A stretch of DNA of 64,000 nt, taken from assembly GCA_963662545.2 (NCBI GenBank), contig CAXXLL010000003.1:1888001-1952000 (forward strand), written 5' to 3'. Position 1 is the first letter of the stretch. Each line of letters opens with the position of its first letter. This document shows, in pieces, positions 34,027 to 45,784 of this stretch. A model generated the notes under the pieces. It ran no database searches and was not told the origin of the DNA. It saw only the letters and a list, made by a program, of their open reading frames with translations. The DNA comes from Gammaproteobacteria bacterium (lineage in GTDB: Bacteria; Pseudomonadota; Gammaproteobacteria; Ga0077536). The position numbers and the translations under genes are program-made.

Positions 34027-34331
34027 GCCGCTCGCTCATCGTCGAACCAGAAGCCGAAACAGATATCTTGGACGGCTATATCTGGTACGAAAACCGAGAA
34101 GAAGGACTTGGATCGAGGTTTATCGAAGAACTTGAGTCCGCATTCAATCGGGTCGCCGCGAACCCTATGTCCTACCAGGAGGCAGAACCAGATATCAGAC
34201 GGTCCGTGACCCACGTTTTCCCGTATCTAGTATTCTTCTCCTTCGATGACGATGCAGTTTATGTGCTGGCTGTCATTCCAGCGTCCCAAAATCCTGATTA
34301 CATCAACGCGCGCCTTGAAGCTCTTGGCTAA
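34023..34331 (+). CDS. Cassette: RelE/ParE toxin
   Basis: EAETDI...WYE...GLGSRF, FPYLVFF. Confidence 0.85.
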   Translation: MSRSLIVEPEAETDILDGYIWYENREEGLGSRFIEELESAFNRVAANPMSYQEAEPDIRRSVTHVFPYLVFFSFDDDAVYVLAVIPASQNPDYINARLEALG

Positions 34332-34551
34332 GGTTAATTCGCAAATCCACCCAATGTGTTCCAGGGACGATCCCGCACCTAACAAGTGGATCAACCGGAC
34401 GTGTTACAGCGCGCTTGTTTGGGCCGGCGTCGCATTTTCGTCCCAAACAAGCGCGCTGTAACGCGCCGGTTATCCTGGCGTTAGGTATTTTGGCAGGAAA
34501 CACTAGCGGCCGGGTGCTAACATTTACGATCAAGTGACGAAGGAGACGTCA

Positions 34552-35195
34552 ATGAAGATTCGTTCCACCGCAATCCTTGCGTCGATATTACTTGCTGGCA
34601 CACATCTCCCCGTCAGCGCCATTTATCTAAATGACCAGAATATTTTGGTTGCTCTCGGTTCTAGCATGTCTGCCGAGCCGTTTCAGAATCAAACTACCGC
34701 GGTTTCGCTGGCGAAGATCGATGCTCCAAACGCCGCAGCGTCTGAAAACCATGTCAGCCCAACAACCCACGTATGGGTGAGTGGCGGATCGCTGGAACTA
34801 GATTTTGATTTCGGCGTTGATGATCGCTCGAACTAGATTTTGACCATGACCTCACCATCCATTTCTGGAATTATCATTCAGAGGCGTTCGATGTTGACGA
34901 TATTGACTTCGTATTCCGCGATTCGTCTAGCAACATCGTCGGGAGCGTTCTAAATCTCAACCCCCAAGTTGGTGGCGGGGGGAGCAATCCTATATTCGCA
35001 GAAGATTTCGCATTGCAATTTCCATTGAATGTTCGGTTCGTGAATGTAGTGCTTTCCGGGTCGAACGGAGAGGTGGACTTTAACAACATAGGTTTTACAG
35101 GGGACATATCTGTCATTCCAATTCCGGCCTCGATATTCCTGCTGGCCTCTGGGATCTTAGGGATAAATGTAACCACCAAACGAAGAAGAACTTGA
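34552..35195 (+). pseudogene. Cassette: secreted protein with PEP-CTERM/VPLPA-CTERM-like anchor, frameshifted
   Basis: Signal peptide in ORF 34534-34836; C-terminus IPIPASIFLLASGILG..KRRRT; split by an imperfect duplication at 34787-34843. Confidence 0.7.
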
Positions 35196-36281
35196 ATTCA
35201 AGCGTGAAGTGCAACACGGGTAATTAGAGTCCTGCATAGATTTGCTCCGGTGTTTTGTATCCGAGTCGCTTTCTCGGACGTGTGTTGAGCTTCCTAGCGA
35301 TCGCATCGCATTCGTTTTGGGTAAGGTTCGCCATGCTTCTGCCCTTCGGCAGATACTGGCGTATCAAGCCGTTGGCATTCTCGTTCGTTCCGCGCTCCCA
35401 GGAATGATAAGGGGTGGCGAAATAGAAGGCGGCACCGGTGCGTTTTTCAATCGCGTCGTATTGGTGAAACTCGGTGCCATTGTCGGCGGTAACGGTACGC
35501 ACCCTGCGGGCCTCACGGTTAATCAGTTTGATCATGGCTCGATTGAGCTCGGCAGTGGTTCGCGCTTTGAGCTTACCGATGGCAACGAGTCCGGACTTGC
35601 GCTCGACCAGAGTCGCGATGCAATGGAGATCGCGACCGCCCATGACCGTATCACCCTCCCAATGTCCTATTCGGGATCGATTCTCCGCACCCGGTGGGCG
35701 CTGCGAAATATGACGTTTCCCCGGTAATACGCCTCGAGAATCGACCGAGCCGTAGCGTTTGCGCCATTTCTTGGTGGCCTGCCGAAGGTGGGTATAGAGG
35801 TATCCGCCTTCGTAATGGTCGTACCAGATGAACCGGTAAATAGTCTCGTGGCTGATAGCGCACACACGCCACAAGCGCAACCAGCCCGAGATCTGCTCTG
35901 GGCTCCATTCTAGCCGCACCAAAGCGCTGATCATTTGCAGCTGCCAGTCGGCAAACTGCCATTTTCTTCGTGATTCTCGCCGCCGGCGCCGGGTTCTGCT
36001 GTCTGCCTTGAAGGCGCGATAATCCCCGTCTTTGCACAGGTTTCTCTGCACTTCGCGCATCACCGTACTACGGTGGCGGCCGATGGCACGCCCGACCTCA
36101 GAATAGTTAAGTCCTTGCCAAAGCAGCGCCGCGATCTTATACCTCTCATCAGAGGTGATCTGGTGGTACCTCATCGTGGGTATCCTCTTCTTGCCGGAAA
36201 AGAATGCTTAAGAGTATCCCAGCTCGCTTCGTTTAACGCGATAGACGGAATTTCATGTGTTGCATTTACTTTGTGAATCCG
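35193..36281 (-). mobile_element. IS30-family IS, intact (transposase 35224-36174)
   Basis: WSPEQI, GHWEGD, ADNGTEF, PYHSWERGTNEN; IRs TGAATTCAAGCGTGAAGTGCAACAC / GTGTTGCATTTACTTTGTGAATCCG. Confidence 0.93.
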
Positions 36282-36412
36282 CCTCACCTAACAAATGGAT
36301 CAACCTGACGTGTTACAGCAGGCTCCTTTCCAGCGGCTTCGCATTTTCGCCTCCAAGAAGCCTGCTGTAACACGCAGGTTATCCTGGCGTTAGGTGTCGC
36401 CAGGAAACTCAA

Positions 36413-38324
36413 ATGAAATGGGAACTAATTGGCGCGTACGCAGAAGTCATCGGGGCTATAGCGGTCATCGTTTCAATCCTTTACCTCGCGTTACAGGTGC
36501 GCGACAACACTCGCTCAGTTAGGGCCAACGCAGGTTTCGAAGCCGCGCATTCTTGGGCAATCTCTAACGAGATCTTGTATCAAGCGCCAGAGAAGGACCG
36601 GATGGTTTTTGCGCGGGCGTTCGATCTCGGAGAATCGGTAGACAAGTTTTCTGAGAGCGAGCGAATCCACATCAGTATCTTGATGCGGTCATTATTTGAA
36701 AAACTCGAAGGGCAATACTATTTGTTGGGTCTACGCGGATTCATGTGGGTAAATTCTGAATTAGACCAAGTGTAAACCATTGAAATCATGTAGACATTCA
36801 GAGATTTCGTATGGGGTGAAAGTGGTTTCATTTTGTGGGTAGGCTAAGGCCATGAAGAATCCCAAGTCGATCCGAGCGCTGTTTGCGTTCCCTGGTTTTA
36901 CCGCCGCATCGAAATTGGTGGGCATGTTTGGTGATCGGTATGCCCGTGTGATCCAACTCAAGAGGCGAAAAAAACAGCGATCTGTTCTCACTGTGCTCAC
37001 CGGTGCCGCGGGCGTTACGACAAGAAGGTGCTGCGAGTACGAGACCTGTCAGTTGCCGGATGGCGAATCTACCTGGAGTTCGAACGCTGGCGTGTCAGTT
37101 GCCGGAGGTGCGGCGGCGTGCAGGTAGAACATCTTGACTGGCTGGCAAAGAACCCTCGCTATACGCAGCGCTTTGCCATGCAGGTGGGCAAGCTGTGCCG
37201 GGACATGCCGAACCAGGCTGTCGCCGAGAGGGAACGCCTGCACCACAGCACGGTGAAAGACCTCGATAAGCTGTACATGCAAAAGCAGGTTGAGCTGGCG
37301 GGCATGCCAGCACCCCGGGCCATCGGTATTGATGAGATCTCCATCCGCAAAGGACATAACTACCGGGTCATCGTCAGTGACCTGGATCGGGGGCGTCCTA
37401 TCTGGGTCGGTGGTGAAGGTCGCAAAGAGGCTGACATCGACCTGTTTTTCCAGGCATTGGGCGAGAACAAGAGCGCTCGCATCGAACTGGCGGCGATGGA
37501 CATGTGGAAGCCGTTCCGTAACTCGGTCATGAACAACGCACCGCAGGCGCGGATCATCTATGACAAGTTCCATATCATGCGCCACCTCTCAAAGGCTCTC
37601 GATGAAGTCCGGCGCCGTGAATACAAACGTCTCCGCGGCAAGGACAGGAGTTACATCAAAGGCCAGCGATATACCTTGCTCTCGCGACGCGAGAACCTGA
37701 ATCTGGATGGCAGACGAGCCCTGAAAAAACTGCTCCAGGCCAACCGGCGTCTGAACACCGCCTACGTCCTCAAGGAAACCTTCGGCCAACTCTGGGACTA
37801 CCGTACCGAGCGCGGCGCGCGTGCCTTTTTCGAGCGCTGGAAGGACAGTCTGAAATGGCAGCGATTGGCGCCGTATCGCAAGTTTGCTGAGCTGATTGAA
37901 TCCCATTGGGATGGCATTGCTTCCTATTGTGATGCTAAGAATAAAGTCAGTCTTGGATTGGTCGAAGGGGTCAACAACAAAATCCGGGTCCTGCAACGAC
38001 GCGCCTATGGCTATCGTGATGAGGAATTCCTCAAACTGAAAATCATTGCGGCATTTCTTCCGCCACTACCCAGAAATGCCAATATCAACCCACACGTTTC
38101 CGCGTAGACCCTATTTGTTTAAATACGGTAGCCTCGATCAAGCGATTTGGGATATCCGAAAGGCATGGGCGGCAGGCGCGTTGCAAACTCCGTTCTTTCA
38201 AAAATGGTGGGAGGTGGAAAAGAGTCAAGGGATTTACTCGCCAGAATTCATCGAACTCATCGAAAAAGCGCGGCCGATTTCGATAGACGGGTTTGCGAAT
38301 GAAACGAGGCCACTCGATGCTTAG
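36413..38324 (+). pseudogene. Cassette: N-terminal-TM hypothetical protein (family A), interrupted by ISL3
   Basis: MKWELIGAYAEVIGAIAVIVSILYLALQVRDNT...EGQYYL | FKYGSLDQ...WW...YSPEF continues after the IS. Confidence 0.8.
36727..38111 (+). mobile_element. ISL3-family IS, copy 2
   Basis: Same ORFs and length as copy 1; 8-bp target duplication TATTTGTT. Confidence 0.95.
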
Positions 38325-38343
38325 ACTTCCAAGTGAAATGCAC

Positions 38344-39665
38344 TGAGCGGACCGGGAGAAAGGTAACAAAAGTGCCAAGGTAGATGGGTAACACTTTTGT
38401 TATCGATAATGTCGTTTTAGTCGGCCGTAAGCATCTTCGATCCGATTGTATTTTTCAATCATTCGGCCGAGCTTAAGCGTTCCGAAATAGACGTTCCAAA
38501 CACCACAGTCGATTTCCTCTAATCCTATGTACTCACCGGCACACGCGATTGAGACAGGCACATGGGTGGAATGCCATCGGATGCCACCGTTGGCACTGAC
38601 GAAGCGCTTGATGAAACGGTCAGGATATTCGAGCGGCGGGATTTTGCTAGGCATTTCTTTGGCAGAAAATTCGTAGAAGTCGGCAGGTGTGAACATGTCG
38701 AGCGCTTCATGAGGGCGTTCTTCATTGAATTCAATCTGGAACCGATTAAATCGTTTCTGTTGCGCGCGATAGTCCCCGGCCGGAGGTCGAGTCGTCTCCG
38801 CCTTTAAGGTTCGGTGCATCCGTTCGTGTCGGCCATTTTGTTGAGGCTTTCCGGGTTCGATGAGCTCGGGATAAATACCAAGCCTGATCCACCAGGCAGA
38901 CAGCGTTGATAATCGACCGAGCGTGTTCGTCGCGAAGGGGACGCCGTTGTCGGTACGGATGCGTTCTGGCAGTCCGTATTCTTTGAATAAGCGGGTGAAC
39001 ACCGCCTTCGATGGTTCAACGGCGGTCGTGAGTAATGACTGGCATCCGATGAGGTATCGACTAAAGCCATCGGTGACGGTCAACGGGTAACAATACCGCC
39101 CGTCTTCGGTCTTGAAATGCCCTTTGAAGTCGGCGCCCCAGGTTTGGTTGGGTGCATTCATTCGGGTTTCAGGTTTTCCCGGATGCCCGAGTTTGCGTGA
39201 GCGCCGCGGTGTCCGGATGAATCCTTCACGGATTAGGATGTCATGAATGGTTGTCCGTGTTGGCCACGGCTCTCGCGGGTGCTTCCGCGATAGAAACGTC
39301 CGCAATTTACGAGCGCCCCAAGTCGGATGACGTTGTCGCGCATCGATGATCAGGCGCTCGAGCCGCGCCGGCGTTTTATGCGGGCAAGTTCTAGGCCGCC
39401 GTGTGCGTTCCTCTAAACCCGCCGGACCTTCGCTTAGATACCGATCAATCCATTTGTAGCCAGTCTTGCGACTGATGCCGTAATGTTCGCACAGCTCGGT
39501 AACTGTCAACAGGTCGCGCAGATAGTCTGCGATGAATTGCGTTTTTTCGTTCATTGGTGACGTTTCTCTCCAGGGCATCGGACTCCTCCTTTGAGGAACC
39601 TAATACCATTGATCTGTCACCCATGTACCTTGACTATAATGTTACCTATCTACCCGGTCCGTACC
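38344..39665 (-). mobile_element. IS481-family IS, copy 2, complete (transposase 38400-39578)
   Basis: Same protein as copy 1; ends carry repeated CGGACCGGG..GGTAACA boxes; exact tips uncertain by 1-2 bp. Confidence 0.9.
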
Positions 39666-39793
39666 CACCATTCACCTAACAAACGGATCAACCTGACGTG
39701 TTACAGCGCGCTTCTTTAGGTCGGCTGCGCATTTTCGCCCAAAAGAAGCGCGCTGTAACACGCCGGTTATCCTGGCGTTAGGTGGCAGGGAAA

Positions 39794-40259
39794 ATGAGTC
39801 CGACCGTATTTCGTGAAAAGGGTTACAGGTTTTTCTTTTTCTCCCTGTAAGAGTCACGAACTCATGTTCACGTGAGGCCCCAAGCCGGCGAGGCGAAGTT
39901 TTGGCTAGAGCCAGATATCGAATTGGCGAGAAATCACCGGTTATCCCAAGTACAATTGAATGAAGTCCAAGCCATCGTCGAGGCACGGAAAGATGAACTC
40001 ATCGCAGCCTGGCGCGAACACTTCGACAGTAGTAACTGACATATCGCCAGACGGTATTTGGCTTCTCTATGCAGAAGAGGAGCTATTTATGCCGTTTGAT
40101 GAGTTTCCGTGGTTTAAGAAGGCTTCGGTCGAACAGATCTTGAATGTTGTCGAAGAACAACCGGGGACATTTCACTGGCCAGATCTTGACATTGATCTGG
40201 GGCTCGATTCGATCCGTAATCCTGGCCATTACCAATCTGGGGCTCGATTCGATCCGTAA
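39794..40259 (+). pseudogene. Cassette: degraded duplicate of the DUF4160/DUF2442 pair
   Basis: Near-identical to 31884-32349; GAA>TAA stop at about 39847; C-terminal tandem duplications. Confidence 0.85.
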
Positions 40260-40453
40260 TCCTGGCCATTAAGCGTTAAAAGCAAAAACCGACGCTTAGA
40301 TTCCCGAGCGCAAAAACCGACGCTTAGATTCCCGAGCGCAACCGCACCTAACAAATGGATCAACCTGACGTGTTACAGCAGGCTCCTTTGAGGCGGCTCC
40401 GCATTTTCGCCCCAAAGAAGCCTGCTGTAACACGCAGGTTATCCTAGCGTTAG

Positions 40454-40705
40454 GTGGCCGGGAACATAGATTTCGAAATTGTCGGTCCGATCCGTGACAT
40501 CGAGACCATTGCTAGCGGTACCGGTGTGACAATTCGCTCATCTCTCCGGAAAGCATACGGGCGAGGACGTTGGCGTAAAATGAAGGGTACCGCCACAGTT
40601 AAACTAGCGAACGGAACTGAACGCATCTTAGAATTGCATTGGTACGAGGCGCACGGAATTGGAAAGCGAGATCTCAAAATTAAGCGCTATTTAGACGACC
40701 TATGA
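40454..40705 (+). CDS. Cassette: small basic protein, putative toxin
   Basis: 83 aa; WRKMKG...ELHWYEAHGIGKRDLKIK; overlaps the next ORF. Confidence 0.7.
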   Translation: MAGNIDFEIVGPIRDIETIASGTGVTIRSSLRKAYGRGRWRKMKGTATVKLANGTERILELHWYEAHGIGKRDLKIKRYLDDL

Positions 40706-40938
40706 AACAACCATCGAAGCCATTCGCACTATGCATTAACAATGACGACTACAAAGCGTCATTAATACTCGGAAAGGTCTACCGGCTTATCCCAGATAGA
40801 GACGCTGCGAAGGACGATTTCGTTCGAATCGTGGATGAAAGTAGCGAGGACTATCTATATCACAGGGCGCATTTCGTCTTCGTCGATTTTCCACCAGCAG
40901 TACGAAAACGAATTCTTGAAATAGAAAGCGCCACTTAA
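40702..40938 (+). CDS. Cassette: small protein, putative immunity/antitoxin
   Basis: 78 aa; SLILGKVY...RIVDESSEDYLY. Confidence 0.7.
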   Translation: MKQPSKPFALCINNDDYKASLILGKVYRLIPDRDAAKDDFVRIVDESSEDYLYHRAHFVFVDFPPAVRKRILEIESAT

Positions 40939-41174
40939 GTTCACGATTGAAGTGGCTCAACAGCCCGCGGAAAGGTAAGAAAAATGTCCCGGGCTTCGTT
41001 AAACACCATTCACCTAACAAACGGATCAACCTGACGTGTTACAGCGCGCTTCTTTAAAGCGGCTTCGCATTTTCGCTCTAAAAAAGCGCGCTGTAACACG
41101 CCGGTTATACTAGCGTTAGGTCTCATTTCGACTCCGGTCTATACTTGTATTATCGGACGTGGAAGAGAAATCCT

Positions 41175-41492
41175 GTGACTGAGAATGCAAAAAAGCTTTA
41201 TCGAGAAGCGCTTGGTCTTTCGCCGAACGAGCGCGTCGGCCTGGTTGAGGAATTGTTGAACAGCCTCGACAAACCTGCCCCGAACATTGACGCATTGGCG
41301 AAGGAGGCGGAAGATCGACTCCGCGCTTACTGTGCAGGCGAAATCCAAGCGTATTCGTCGGATGAAGTGTTTGCGAATCGACTCCGCGCTTACTGTGCAG
41401 GCGAAATCCAAGCGTATTCGTCTGGAATCTGGAAGGCGCTTGAAAGTTCGCTTTCTAGATCCGGCTCGCGCAGAACTCCGAGATGCCATTGA
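41175..41492 (+). CDS. Cassette: addiction module antitoxin, C-terminus altered by a duplication
   Basis: ALGLSPNERVGLVEELLNSLD...EAEDRLRAY. Confidence 0.7.
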   Translation: MTENAKKLYREALGLSPNERVGLVEELLNSLDKPAPNIDALAKEAEDRLRAYCAGEIQAYSSDEVFANRLRAYCAGEIQAYSSGIWKALESSLSRSGSRRTPRCH

Positions 41493-41733
41493 GTACCTAA
41501 ATGATCAGCGTGACGGTCTCGGTCAAGAGTTTCTAGAAGAAGTACGCGCTACGACAAAACGGATAGAACGACACTCGATTGCTTGGGCGCCGCTCAGCGA
41601 AAACACCCGCCGGTGCAGGACCCACCGATTCAAATACGGGTTAATCTACGAAGTAACTGACGAAGAAATTCTCATTGTTGCCGTTGCTCACCTTCACCGT
41701 GAGCCGAACTACTGGCGGAAGCCTCAAAAATGA
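41440..41733 (+). CDS. Cassette: RelE/ParE toxin
   Basis: TTG start; ARAELRDAIEY...GLGQEF, RFKYGLIY, VAHLHREPNYW. Confidence 0.85.
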   Translation: MKVRFLDPARAELRDAIEYLNDQRDGLGQEFLEEVRATTKRIERHSIAWAPLSENTRRCRTHRFKYGLIYEVTDEEILIVAVAHLHREPNYWRKPQK

Positions 41734-41858
41734 AACCTAACCAGTGGATCAACCGGACGTGTTACAGCAGGCTCCTTTGAGGCAGCTTCGCATTTTTGCC
41801 CCAAATGAGCCCGCTGTAACACGCAGGTTATCCTAGCGTTAGATGGACTAGAAATCTT

Positions 41859-42362
41859 ATGGACTGGAGTGCGATATCGGGTATAGCGGAAACCGTGTCC
41901 GCAATTGGCGTAATTGCGTCGCTACTTTATGTCGGATATCAAATCCGAGAAAACACTGTCGCAGCTGAACGTTCCAACGCTCGGCAAACTGCGTCGGATC
42001 ACGCGAGGGTAATACTCAGCTTTGTGGAAAATGAGGAAATGGCGGATCTGAGATTACGCGGCCTCGACGATTTGGAGAGTCTGTCGACTGTAGAAAGATA
42101 CCGGTTTGATCTTGGGATGAGTGTCTGGCTAGAAACGATAGAACAGGCTTTCGCCGATGCTCAAATCGGCAAATTCTCGGAAGACCTTTTGGTTGAGTAC
42201 CGCAATCGCTTGGCGCTTATAGTTGACACACCGGGGGGGCGTTTATGGTGGACGACACGTAAATCATGGCTTAGTCCCTCTTTTCGAAATGTGGTGGACC
42301 GTGTACTCGAAGAAGGTACGCCGGAAGAAATACAAAGTGCGAGGATCACAACATCCACCTAA
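41859..42362 (+). CDS. Cassette: N-terminal-TM hypothetical protein (family A)
   Basis: MDWSAISGIAETVSAIGVIASLLYVGYQIRENT...PGGRLWW; stop codon lies in attC R''. Confidence 0.8.
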   Translation: MDWSAISGIAETVSAIGVIASLLYVGYQIRENTVAAERSNARQTASDHARVILSFVENEEMADLRLRGLDDLESLSTVERYRFDLGMSVWLETIEQAFADAQIGKFSEDLLVEYRNRLALIVDTPGGRLWWTTRKSWLSPSFRNVVDRVLEEGTPEEIQSARITTST

Positions 42363-42515
42363 CCAGGGGATCAACCTGACAGCTTACAGCGCACTTTACC
42401 GGTGTGGCGATATTTTCACACCTCCAAAATGCGCTGTAAGCTGCAGGTTATCCCAACGTTAGGCGGCTCGGAAGAAGATGAACCCGAAAATTTAGCAGTA
42501 CTAGAGGAAGAAAAT

Positions 42516-42809
42516 ATGGCTGGATATCTAGTTGCCAACTACAAGATCACCGATCCTAAGGGCTACGAGGGTTATGGGCCCGCCGCTATGCCAACTTTGG
42601 AAGCTCATGGCGCGGAAATATTGGTTGCCGATTACGAAAGCGAACCACTAGAGGGTGCCCCGGCATCAATCACCGTCGTTTTGAAGTTCACATCTAAAGA
42701 AGCCGCGACAGCCTGGTATGAGTCACCCGAATACGAAAAAGTGATCAATCTAAGAACTGATAATAGCGAAGGTATGGCTGTTATCGCGGATGGGTTCGTC
42801 ATGCCGTAA
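42516..42809 (+). CDS. Cassette: DUF1330 protein
   Basis: MAGYLVANY.ITD...VVLKF.S.EAA.AWYESPEY; GAGGA RBS. Confidence 0.85.
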   Translation: MAGYLVANYKITDPKGYEGYGPAAMPTLEAHGAEILVADYESEPLEGAPASITVVLKFTSKEAATAWYESPEYEKVINLRTDNSEGMAVIADGFVMP

Positions 42810-42851
42810 CGGCAAGGCGGAAACATCGACTTTATGCACCAAAATGCCGCC

Positions 42852-43936
42852 CAGATGTCCAAGTGAAGTGCAACAGGGGTGATTAAACTGCTGCATAACA
42901 TTCCTCCGGTGTTTTGACGCCGAGAACCCTTCGCGGACGTGTGTTGAGTTTCTTCGCTATCTTATCGCAGTCACGTTGTGTAACGTCTGCCATGGTTTTC
43001 CCTTTGGGCAGGTACTGTCGAATAAGGCCGTTGGTATTTTCATTGGTACCGCGTTCCCAGGAATGATACGGCGTGCAAAAATAGAAGCGAGCGTCGGTCG
43101 CGTTTTCTATCTTCTGGAACTGATGAAACTCAGTTCCATTATCGGCGGTTACGGTTCGCACCAAGCGCATTTCACGTTTGATAAGTTGGATCACTTTGCG
43201 GTTGAGTTCGGCGGTCGTGCGAGCCCGAAGTTTTCCGATTAAGGTATATCGTGTCTTACGTTCAACGAGGGTCACGATGCAGTGACCGTCGTGGCTACCG
43301 ATGACGGTGTCTATTTCCCAATGACCGATGCGGGAACGGTTTTCAGCGCCTGGTGGTCGTTCGGTGATATGGCGCTTTCCTCGCATAACACCGCGAGAAT
43401 CACCGCTGCCGTAGCGTTTCCGTCGTCGTTTTTCCGCCTGTCGCAGATGCTTATATAAGGTGCCGCCGAAGAAGTGGTCGTACCAGATATACCGGTATAG
43501 GGTCTGGTGACTGATTGAAAATATCCGATGACGCTTGAACCAATCCGAGACTTGCTAGGGGCTCCATTCCTCGCGCAGCAAGCGAATGGCGAGACTGAGT
43601 TGTTGGTCGGTGAAATACCATCGTCGGCGAGACTTCGTTCGCCTGCCTCGGGTCATCTCCTCAGCTTCGTCAGGACGATACCGACCGATGCGGCGATTAC
43701 GCTTTAGTTCGCGTCCGATCGTAGACCGATGTCGCCCGAGTTTTCGAGCGACCTCTGCGTTTTTACAGCCTTGCATTTTCAAGGTGTGAAGCATATACCT
43801 CTCTCCAGAGGTGAGCTGGTGATAACTCATCGTAAGTTTCCTATTCTGCCAAGAAGAGAATCTTACGAGTATCCCAGCTCGCTTCGTTTAACGCGATATA
43901 GGGAAATTCTTGTGTTGCACTTACATTGTGAATCCG
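42852..43936 (-). mobile_element. IS30-family IS (second isoform), transposase broken by a TAG codon
   Basis: ORFs 43555-43830 and 42883-43386 lie in one frame, WSP*Q; 2-bp duplication CC. Confidence 0.9.
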
Positions 43937-44081
43937 CCTCACCTAACAAACGGATCAACCTGACGTGTTACAGCGGGCTTCTTTCCAGCGGCTTCGCATT
44001 TTCGCTTCCAAGAAGCCCGCTGTAACACGCAGGTTATCCTAGCGTTAGGTTGAAAGAAGCCGCGTCGTCTACAATCAAGAC

Positions 44082-44324
44082 ATGGAAACCGCTGCTGAAA
44101 TTGAACGGAAACTGCTCGACCTACCTGCTGCCGACCGTGAACGACTTGCTCTTAAAGCCTGGGATAGTCTTGTCGCTGATCCGAACGCGGCCAGTGATCC
44201 GAATATTGACCCGGAGGGAGTAAAAGTCGCCGCGCAGCGAGATACCGAAATGGATGCGGAAAACGTTGAGCCGATCGACCAGACTGAATTCCGCCGCCGG
44301 ACAAGCGGTATAGATGAGAGTTGA
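44082..44324 (+). CDS. Cassette: addiction module antitoxin
   Basis: LLDLPAADRERLALKAWDSL; overlaps the toxin gene. Confidence 0.75.
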   Translation: METAAEIERKLLDLPAADRERLALKAWDSLVADPNAASDPNIDPEGVKVAAQRDTEMDAENVEPIDQTEFRRRTSGIDES

Positions 44325-44610
44325 GTACCACCCCTCAACGGTCACGGACGTAAATAGCGCGGTAAAACACTATGAGGACCTACGTCCAGGCCTCGGGGCG
44401 GAAGTGCGAGCGGAAATCTATAGCGCAATCGATCGAGTTGTAGAATCGCCTCACCGTTATAGGAGGGTAGAGGGCGAAATACGGCGGTGTTTCGTACAGC
44501 GATTTCCGTATTCAGTCCTATATCGTTTCGTAGAAAGCGAAGACCTTGTACGCATTCTTATCGTTCGCCATCATCGGCAACGATCGAGTTTCGGACTGTC
44601 TCGCCAATGA
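44314..44610 (+). CDS. Cassette: RelE/ParE toxin
   Basis: HYE...GLG, IRRCFVQRFPYSVLY, VRHHRQ. Confidence 0.85.
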   Translation: MRVEYHPSTVTDVNSAVKHYEDLRPGLGAEVRAEIYSAIDRVVESPHRYRRVEGEIRRCFVQRFPYSVLYRFVESEDLVRILIVRHHRQRSSFGLSRQ

Positions 44611-44759
44611 AAGATTTGCATTGTGCCGTTCAACCTAACAAATGGATCAACCGGACGTGTTACAGCGGGCTCGTTTGGGCCGGCTCCGCTATTTTCGTCC
44701 CAAACAAGCCCGCTGTAACACGCCGGTTATCCTAGCGTTAGGCGGCTAGAGACAATCGA

Positions 44760-45247
44760 ATGAACTGGCAGGCTTTAAGTTCGATCGCCGAGGCAACCGG
44801 CGTCCTACTTGTATTTGTGTCCGTCGTATACCTAGCGATTCAGTATACACAAGATGTGCGACAGCGACAGAACGTGCTCTGAAAGCTTCGTCACACCACG
44901 CGATAACAGATTCGTTCAACAACACCAGTGCCTTGGTCGCCCAAGATCCTGCGACCGCAAGGCTATGGCGTCTTGGAAGCGCTGGTCTGTCGAACCTCGA
45001 TGAGGACGAGCAGGTTTCATATGCTTTCATCTGCATTATGTATATGCGCGTAATGGAGACGCTTTACTATCAGAGAAAGGTCGGGACGATGGAGGAACAG
45101 TTGTATACCACCGAAGAACACACGCTTCATGTGTTTTTCTCATTTCCCGGGTTCCGGGAATGGTGGAACAGTAATCCATACTCGTTTAGCACTGAATACA
45201 GAGATCACATTAACGCGATAATCGGAGAAATAGATGCCGCCGCCTAA
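44760..45247 (+). pseudogene. Cassette: family A hypothetical protein, frameshifted near the 5' end
   Basis: MNWQALSSIAEATGVLLVFVSVVYLAIQ, then a frame change to ...FPGFREWW..FSTEYR. Confidence 0.75.
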
Positions 45248-45391
45248 CAAATGGATCAACCGGACGTGTTGCAGCGCGCTTCTTTTAAGCGGCTTCGCAT
45301 TTTCACTCAAAAGAAGCGCGCTGCAACACGCCGGTTATCCAAGCGTTAGGTGGCACGAAATCGTGTAGCCCGACTCGAAAAGTATTAAGGC

Positions 45392-45784
45392 ATGGAAACC
45401 TATCAAGCATTAGAAGCGATGTATGTAATTAGGGGAGTTGTTGCGCAGGATGCAATGAATTTCTTCACATTACTTTCGGCTTACCTGATTGTTGCCTATT
45501 TAGTTGGATCTAAACTATCGACTTTTCAGGTATGGGCAATCTCTGTTCTCTACACCGCGTTCTGTGCTGGACCGATAGCCGGTTTCTACGTGGGGGTTGT
45601 CGACCTGGGGGCAATTAATCACGCTGATGGCGGGCTATACGCCGTTGAACACACCTGGATAGTGCCATTGATCATGGTTTTGAGCTGGGTGCTAAGCATC
45701 GTATTCATGGTCGATGCACGTAGTAGGTCGCGAGGAAAGGCCGATCGATCTGAAGCGGCGGGATCAGTTGAGAAGGCCGAATAA
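45392..45784 (+). CDS. Cassette: small membrane protein (family B)
   Basis: Three hydrophobic segments; AYLIVAYLVGSKLSTFQ. Confidence 0.75.
   Translation: METYQALEAMYVIRGVVAQDAMNFFTLLSAYLIVAYLVGSKLSTFQVWAISVLYTAFCAGPIAGFYVGVVDLGAINHADGGLYAVEHTWIVPLIMVLSWVLSIVFMVDARSRSRGKADRSEAAGSVEKAE

Noticed and set aside
42883-43830. Pyrrolysine or programmed amber readthrough in the IS30 transposase
   Set aside because: No pyl genes or recoding signal are visible; a GAG>TAG mutation is simpler
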